Positions 39,135-64,000 of a stretch of 64,000 nucleotides of DNA are shown here, one piece after another (within the stretch, counting starts at the first letter, position 1; every line of letters starts with the position of its first letter). The notes under the pieces were generated by a model, which saw only the letters and a program-made list of their open reading frames with translations, made no database searches and was not told the DNA's origin. The position numbers and the translations under genes were made by a program. Source of the stretch: Bugula neritina (Eukaryota > Animalia > Bryozoa); the NCBI GenBank assembly GCA_964035545.1, contig OZ037773.1, forward strand, positions 9,701,751-9,765,750, given 5' to 3'.

Positions 39135-41580
39135 ATTGGAATTGAACTGGAAGTTGCTTACCCATTTCCCCATTTTCTTGTTGGTCATTTTTATAGTAAA
39201 ATGTGCATGAATTAGAAGTTGCCCACCTATTTTCACAAGTTTCCAATTATTAGTCATCTTTATAAAACAGTATGTATGAAGGTGAGGTCGCCCACCTATG
39301 ATCAGACATTTTTGGTAATAATCATTATAGCAAAATGTAGGTAAAGTTGCCTACCTATGTTCCAACTGTTTTGTTAGTCATCTTTTTAGTAAAACTAGCA
39401 TAAAGTCAAGCTTGCACACCCAATTCCAAACACTATTATCAGTCATTTTTATAGTTAAATGTACACAAAATTTATATTAAATTGAAGGTACCCACAATCT
39501 CTGAACAATCTTTTTTATATTTATAGTGAAATGTAAAATAATTAAAAATACCGACCAATATCTGAACAGTCTCGTTTGCCATCATGACAGTGAAATATAC
39601 ATAAAGTTAAAGTTGCTCACCTATATTAAAAACATTCTTGCTAGTCATGTTTATAGTGAATTGTACATTAAATTGAAGCTACCCACCAATATCTAAACAG
39701 TCTTGCTTGCCATTTTTATAGTGAAATATACATAAAATTGAAGTTGTCCACCAATTTCTGAACACCCTTATTTGCCATCTGAATAGTGAAATGTACATAA
39801 AATTGAAGTTGCCTACCCATTTTCCAACTTTCTGTTAGTCACTTTAATAGTGAAATGTACATAAACTTGAAGTTGCCTACCCATTTTCCAACTTTCTGTT
39901 AGTCACTTTAATAGTGAAATGTACATAAACTTGAAGTTGCCCACCCATTTTCTAATTTTATTGCTTGTCATCTATGGAAAATGTTCATAAACTTGAAGTT
40001 GCTCACCCATTTTCCAATGTTCTGTTAGTCATTTTCATAGTAATATGTACATGAAATTGAAGTTGCCCACCCATTTAAATTTTTTTGCTAGTTATGTTTA
40101 TAGTGAAATGTAAATACAATTAAAGTTGGCCCAGTCAATTACCAACTTTCTTGTTTGTCATATTATTTTATGGTGAAATGTACATAAAATTGAAGTTGCC
40201 TACCCATTTTCCAACTTTCTGTTAGTCACTTTAAAGGATTGCTCTATCTTGTCTAATAAATGGCCATTTAGGTCAAACACACATAATATTGTGTTTTTCT
40301 AAGCATGCATTGACAAAAAGCATTTGACCAAAGGTAGAAAAAGTTAGTTGAAGTTGAGGGTGTAGATTGGTAACAGCCAAAACGCCGATTTTGAAATGAG
40401 CTGGGAAATGTGACGTAACAGCGCCAGCATTCCTGCTGGTCACGTGACTATACAAATGAATGACTATAGAAATATGACTGTGAGATGTAATCTTTTAGCT
40501 TGTAATTTGTATATTTATAGAAGTGCAAATGTGAATTATCTCAACCTATAGTTTTTTGACATTTTAAATAACATGTATGTGATAGCATTAGGCTATATTT
40601 TGCTTGTAAACATTAGAAAAAGCCTTGCAAAAACATGCATTCTTTAGGATGAATGCCTGCGATCGATCTAAACTAGGTCAGATTAGGCAATATTACGGGC
40701 ACACCAAAGCTGACCTATATACCGCACTGTAACTGCTTGAGCGTTATTGGTTGATGTTGCGCCCAGCAACCTTGAATACTAGCGTTATAGTTAGCACGTG
40801 CAGCATAGTTACTGGCGTTCACACGTCACGTATTAGGCTCTTCTTTTTCATGGCTGAAAATTTTACCTCCCTCAGAATTGGAATTTTGAAAAGCTGTTTT
40901 CTAGGCACATATCCCTTTGCAAAGCCACAATTGTTTGCATACACATTAGATTATAGTTCATAATTATAATGTGATTGTAATAAACTAAGATTGAGCAATC
41001 CTTTAATAGTGAAATGTACATAAACTTGAAGTTGCCCACCCATTTTCTAATTTTATTGCTTGTCATCTATGGAAAATGTTCATAAACTTGAAGTTGCTCA
41101 CCCATTTTCCAATGTTCTGTTAGTCATTTTCATAGTAATATGTAGATGAAATTGAAGTTGCCCACCCATTTAACTTTTTTGCTAGTTTATAGTGAAATGT
41201 AAATACAATTGAAGTTGGCCAATCAATTACCAACTTTCTTGTTTGTCATATTATTATTTTATGGTGAAATGTACATAAAATTGAAGTTGTCCACCCATTT
41301 TCCAACAATTTCTTATTAGTCATTTTCATAATAAAATCTAGGTAAAATTGAAGTTGCCCGCCCATTTTAAGAACTGTCTTGTTTGTGATCTTTATGGCAA
41401 AACTTACATAAACTTGAAGTTGTCACCTATTTCTGATCACCCTTGTTTTGTCATTTTATAGGGAAATGCACATAAGGTCGAAGTTGCCTACCCATTTAGG
41501 AACATATCAAATTTTTTGTCATCTTTATAGAAAAATAAACAAAAATTTGAATTTGCCCATCCATTTTCACAACATATTCT
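39135..41580. repeat. ~63-bp tandem satellite (GTGAAATGTACATAAAATTGAAGTTGCCCACCCATTTTCCAAC...TTAGTCATTTTTATA), interrupted by a MITE
   Basis: More than 20 degenerate units at ~39135-40234 and 41003-~41580; an outlier pair lies near 37680-37770. Confidence 0.9.
40235..41002. mobile_element. Kolobok-type MITE (768 bp)
   Basis: ttaa|AGGATTGCTCTATCTT...AAGATTGAGCAATCCT|ttaa, i.e. TTAA TSD with AG termini. Excision restores the satellite unit GTTAGTCACTTTAATAGTGAAATG. Confidence 0.85.
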
Positions 41581-42339
41581 TAAACACGACTTCATTTTAC
41601 TACAGTTTATATATACATTTACATTGAATGTTTTTTTGTTTTTAGTCGGTATTCTTGTTGCTTTGTAGGTGGTCACCATCTTACTGTAAAGAGCAGCAAG
41701 ACTTTGAAGCCTTAAATATATATTTTGAGGAAAAGAATGAGCAGACTGAATTCACAGTCTTCAGAAGCCTATATTCTGTAACATTAAGCCGGACCTCAAT
41801 TTTGGATGAAGCTTAATAATTAGAAAGCTAAAATAACTATTAATCTCCAAAGCGTAAATAAAGCTCATTGCTAATGTTCAGCTTTGGATATAAAGGGTTT
41901 AGCGTTCTAAAATGATAATTTGTATTATTCCGTTTACTTGCTTATATACAGAAATGTTTTCTTTGTTGACTTTACTAAATAGCTATGCTTTGAATCAACA
42001 TTTGTAAATTAGCTTTACTTTTTGGCTGCTTAAATTTTTGTGTATTTCTTATGACCTGTTGCTATCTATAATTTTTGCATTAGCTCCAATATGAATTTGT
42101 TTATCTACTTATTTAGCCACATTTTTTATATTTAATTTATTTTAGCTCATTTAAATTGCCAAATAAGTCTTTATATTAGGTTGCACATGTTTTTTTAGTA
42201 ACAATTATTTTTTGTAATTATTGCTCTTTACTTTTAAACAATAAAGTTATCAACACACAACATAAAACTTCCACTTGTATATATTATACTGCTATATATA
42301 TTTTAATATAGCAATGGTTATGTAAACCTTGCCAAATAA

Positions 42340-42841
42340 TTATAATATAACCTAAATTTGCAATGCTGCATAGAGTTTATACAACATTATAATAACATTT
42401 ATGAAAAGTTGTTTATAGAACTTTTAGATAAAAAGGCTAAATAACATCTACATTTAAACATCTAGATAACGCTTGCTTTGCAACATTATAAAAACGTTGC
42501 CGAAGCAATGTTATGGCAACGTTTGTATGACTTGTTTATGAAACGTTGGTAAAATAGTTTGCAGAAAACGTTGTTGCCTAAACGTTGTGCGAGACAAAGA
42601 GATACATTTAAATTTAAACATTTACGCAATGTTGGATCGCAACCTTTCACCAACGTTGTATGAAAAACATCTACACAACGTTATGTAACGCAACGTTTAT
42701 GAAAGGTTGGTAAAACGTTTTGCGATAAACGTTTGTTTCAAACGTTGTATATAGTACAAAAATGTGTCGACATTTAAACATTTAATAAACGTTTTTTCCA
42801 ACGTTTATACAACGTCATATCAATGTAAATTGTTAGTGGGG
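42340..42841. repeat. Right subterminal repeat array (AACGTT-type motifs)
   Basis: Same hexamer array as at 18213-19140, ending in the inverted terminus TGTTAGTGGGG. Confidence 0.85.
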
Positions 42842-43135
42842 AATATATAAGTTAAAAATTTAAATTAAAACTGCCTAACATTGCAATGTACGTTGTAGTA
42901 GCAAATCAATAAACCTTTTATTTTAATCAGGTTTTAAGTTGAAGCGCTGTTGCTTAAAAGCATAAAAGCTTTAAAGCCTTCAATACTCTAATGCAGTATT
43001 CTGCTGTGGGCATCATCAAGCTGTCATAACATTATTGCAGAAGCTACAAACTTTATAATAATTTTAAAGGTTTAAATATAGCTCTTCAAAGCAAAATCTT
43101 TAAATATTCTAAGTCTGACATGATAGTATCACATA

Positions 43136-43861
43136 CACTGCGTTTCCATTATCGCATTATGCGAATGGATTTTCTCATTCGCCCTATGGAAACAGTTGCA
43201 TCGAAGCAAAACCGCAGCCGGAAATTACACCGAACGGCTCCTTCGATGAAAATTTTCCTTCGCATTATGCGCATGATGGAAATGGTTCCTTCGGTTAAAT
43301 CGAATGAAACCTTTTGTGCCGGAGGCCGAGATCAGCATTTGTGGCGGCTAGTTACATAGTTACGCAATGTAAACAATAATTATAAGTTACAACCTACGCT
43401 AAAGTGTACTTCGCTTTTAAAAATTTAAATTATTTTATTTATCATAGCTGCTATTATCTAGAAGAGTTACTAATCATCTTAAATTTGTAAATTTTTTCCA
43501 TAAGCCAAAGCTTTCTCCAGCTAAAAATAAGTTGACAGCTATTTTCATTTTGAAAATTTAAATTACTTTTAAGCTTAAGTTTATTGATCGAGAAATACTT
43601 TATGCTTTCATTGGTTTATGCTTTTTTATTTTAAATAAACTGACTCAAAGTTTGTGTATTTGATTGATTTAATCTATCAAAAGTGGGGACAGAATTAAAA
43701 AATTGTCGTTATGCATGAACTCAAACTCATTTTAGTTCAGCAGTCACAATTGCAAAGAGAAGATAACTTCGTACGAATTGCATAGGAACGTGTGGTTTTT
43801 CCTTCGATGTAATCCGTACGGGCACCCGTACGCATTCATTCGCCTTCATGGAAACGCAGTG
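43136..43861. mobile_element. MITE (726 bp), PIF/Harbinger-like, in the 3' region of paralog C
   Basis: ata|CACTGCGTTTCCAT...ATGGAAACGCAGTG|ata: perfect 14-bp TIR and 3-bp TSD. The superfamily call is tentative, since CACT ends also fit CACTA. Confidence 0.82.
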
Positions 43862-43906
43862 ATATCGACAAAATAACACTCTTTGAACATAACAGTTAAA
43901 TCGAGG

Positions 43907-52485
<8,579 letters not shown>

Positions 52486-54526
52486 CCTATAATATTGTAT
52501 GAAAATGCTTTCATTGAAGGTGAAAATACTTTGTTGAGAACAACTTTATTACTTAGATTGTTTTATTAAATAAGTTCAATACCCATTTTGTTGTTCCTTT
52601 AAGAGTTACGAATACATTTTTTAAAGCGTAATTGAAATTGTTTTACTGTTTATGCATATACCTGGAGTTTGTAAAAGTATGTAAACATATTATTAGACAG
52701 TAGTTGAGAAATATATAGCTTTTTGTTAAAACAACAAAAATTCATGCTTTCAAAGCAAAAGCATCTATTGTAGAAAGTTACTTCACAGGGATTATTGCGA
52801 AGACAGTAAGAGAGTTTGTGTGACTTGAGCAATATAATTCTAGTAATACAAAAATGCCATTGACCATAAATTGCCATTAGATGTGTTTTTAAAATGCATT
52901 TAGTATCTAAACATGACTGACCCCAATTCTTCTAGCCAAACAAAACTTGGCATCCTGCAACCTTCTAACATAATTATTAGCTTTAAAATTATAGTTAATA
53001 ACAGAACATTAAATCAAATAGAAACCCCAACTTAATTATATACATTAATATACAAAAACATATAATATAATATAATATGTTATACCTGAATAAATAGCAA
53101 ACCAGCTGTCAAAAGCCGCAGCGCAGCTGAGTCGTGTGCTGACTTAGTGTCAGCACTTGTGTTACAGAAATATTACACTAATGAATATATTGATTGTAGC
53201 TGTACAGTAAACATAAACTTAATTATTTTTACATTATATATTGGTATGTATACAAAAAACAATATGATTAAATCAGAACTTTAATTTCACCTTCTAGTCT
53301 TTATTTCAAAAATTTGCAAGTTTTGACTGCATGCAGTAATTATTACTATAAAATTTTCTGTTTGTCAGAATGGTTTAAAACTGAGGAAAAATCGCATGGT
53401 AGAAGAATGACTGGAACTCTTCAACTTTCTAGCTATAATGCGTCTTGTGTGAGTTTCGGCTAGCATTGAGCTTTTTACATATATGCTATTCTTTAAGCAT
53501 GACTAATTGAAATCATAAATATTTCAACCATAAATTGCAGAGGGCAACAACTACTATGCAATACATTAGAATGGCTCCCACAGCTTTTGCTTTACAAGTA
53601 TATTAACTATAATATAAAGAGAATTTAGCTCAAATTGGTTGGTTTAAAATTTAGTGTTTTAACATTATTGATTTAAATACAGTTCCCAATTTTTGTGACA
53701 AATTTGGTTGTACACATGACCTATAAGTTATATTCATAGATGTCGCATTTCTTCAGTATATTAAACATGTTTATTTACATGCATGAAATAAGTTGAGGAT
53801 GCATGTAGAAAATTTTCTGCTTAACAATTGGTATTCTATTTATAGATTTTCATGTTTTCCTTGCAGTTCAAGTTTTCCTTTCTGAACCAGTTTGCTATAA
53901 AAACATAGGTATTCTATTTTCGTTTATCTTTCTTTATATGTGCACGTACTCTGTAGAGTAAGTTTTATATGCAATCTAACTGTGTTTTGATATTATAGTT
54001 ATAATTGCTCACATGTTTGCTAAGCTTTTAATAGTAGTCTGCTGATATTAATAATTATTACAAAGTTAGTTCAGGATTACATTGCACACAAATATACTAT
54101 CATAAAAAGCTCCACTCATACCTCCTTCACTAGTATGTATAATAAATTAGGCTGCCACTTCATGAAGCTGTTATTTTTGTGTTATTATACACATATAAAA
54201 CGGGCTCTATATATCGTTGTTATGCATTATTTGTGTGTTATATAAATTTTATGCTACACATTTTTATTCATTATGGTTAAAAAGTTCAGACTATACATGA
54301 AGTATATGGCAAAAACATAAAGCATTAAGCAAATCAGCAATTTATTGCGCAAACAGCTTTTCTCTTTGTTTACTTGCTAGATAAAACTGTTTTTGAAGAA
54401 ATAGTAGAGTAAAATACCTTTTAGATTCTTGCATGCTCAGCATGCACACGTGGCTTTACAATTTATAAGGCATTACTAATTACATAAGTAAAATGAAATT
54501 GTTCAAACATCACAGTTAAACTGAAG

Positions 54527-63296
<8,770 letters not shown>

Positions 63297-64000
63297 ATTT
63301 TCTAACTCTGAAACGAGAAATGAGTTATCATGTTCACATAACTAACTCTGTGTAATGTATAATAATTGCTTGCAATAACACTCACTCCCATGCACTTGAA
63401 CAAAGTCCTGCAAAATTAAAATCAATGCTTTTAGCAAGAGTTAAGCAGGAAAATGCACTTGAGAGTAGTTTTGCTCACTTTGTTGAGCTTGTTTTATTTA
63501 TTCAAAGCTTTTCAATAGCATTTGTTTTGTATCCTCAATATCAGAAAAACAACTGTTGAAGAGTTCTAATTAGTTTCATTGTGCAATGCGCATGTCATGA
63601 GTATTTATATTATAATTACACTAGAAAGTATACAGATCATATTCTTAATGTATCTAAGTTTGAAAGAGTAATTCATGGTAACAGGAGAATAAATAGAAAA
63701 TGCTTCATATTTATTATTTGCAATGCACTCAATATGTCTCTGGCCTGCATACTATAGAATTAGCAAATATTGAATTTTAGCTTTTAACTTTAAATGTATT
63801 GATTTATCAGAAAAAGGATACAAAATAAAAAACAAAATGGTAATTATATCTTAATATAAAATGCATTGCATTGAGTTGCGTGGGATATCAACAATTATAT
63901 AGAGAGTGATGGAACAGGTTTTGTTTAAATTTTAGCCTTATAATCAATTTTTCTCAACATTGAAAAAGAAAATGTTTTTATTGAAAATTTTTTCAATATT

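Larger units (their letters stand above)
18213..42841. mobile_element. Giant (~24.6 kb) composite EnSpm/CACTA(CMC)-like DNA transposon, apparently non-autonomous
   Basis: Left end aa|CCCAACTAACA and right end TGTTAGTGGGG|aa (11-bp TIR, 1 mismatch, 2-bp AA TSD). Both ends carry dense subterminal AACGTT/AACATT/AATGTT arrays. Removing it restores a B-C spacing similar to A-B and C-D. Confidence 0.7.

Noticed and set aside
39135-41580. CRISPR-like array (conserved GAAGTTGCCCACCCATTT core with ~63-bp period)
   Set aside because: The intervening segments are mutually homologous, so this is a satellite rather than unique spacers.

Overview
AT-rich, intron-containing animal (invertebrate-type) genomic DNA, not prokaryotic. 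The window holds a minus-strand tandem array of four paralogous 14-coding-exon genes: A 160-5385 (last two exons off-window), B 7178-16460, C 43907-52485 and D 54527-63296. Each encodes a ~620-635 aa secreted protein: signal peptide, PAN/apple-like domain, short Cys-rich module, then three tandem CTHRC1 C-terminal-like domains, with no collagen helix. The array is split between B and C by a ~24.6 kb EnSpm/CACTA(CMC)-like element (18213-42841; CCC termini, AACGTT-rich subterminal repeats, AA TSD). It carries two long-TIR ISL2EU/PIF-type elements (one with a decayed, spliced THAP/HTH transposase), a ~63-bp satellite and a Kolobok-type MITE. Most notable oddities: a minisatellite made of ten copies of gene D's exon-1 splice donor, mosaic gene-conversion tracts, hypervariable loops among paralogs, GC donors, and two divergent hammerhead-like motifs in an intron. 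All exon models and alignments were made by eye; no database searches were run.
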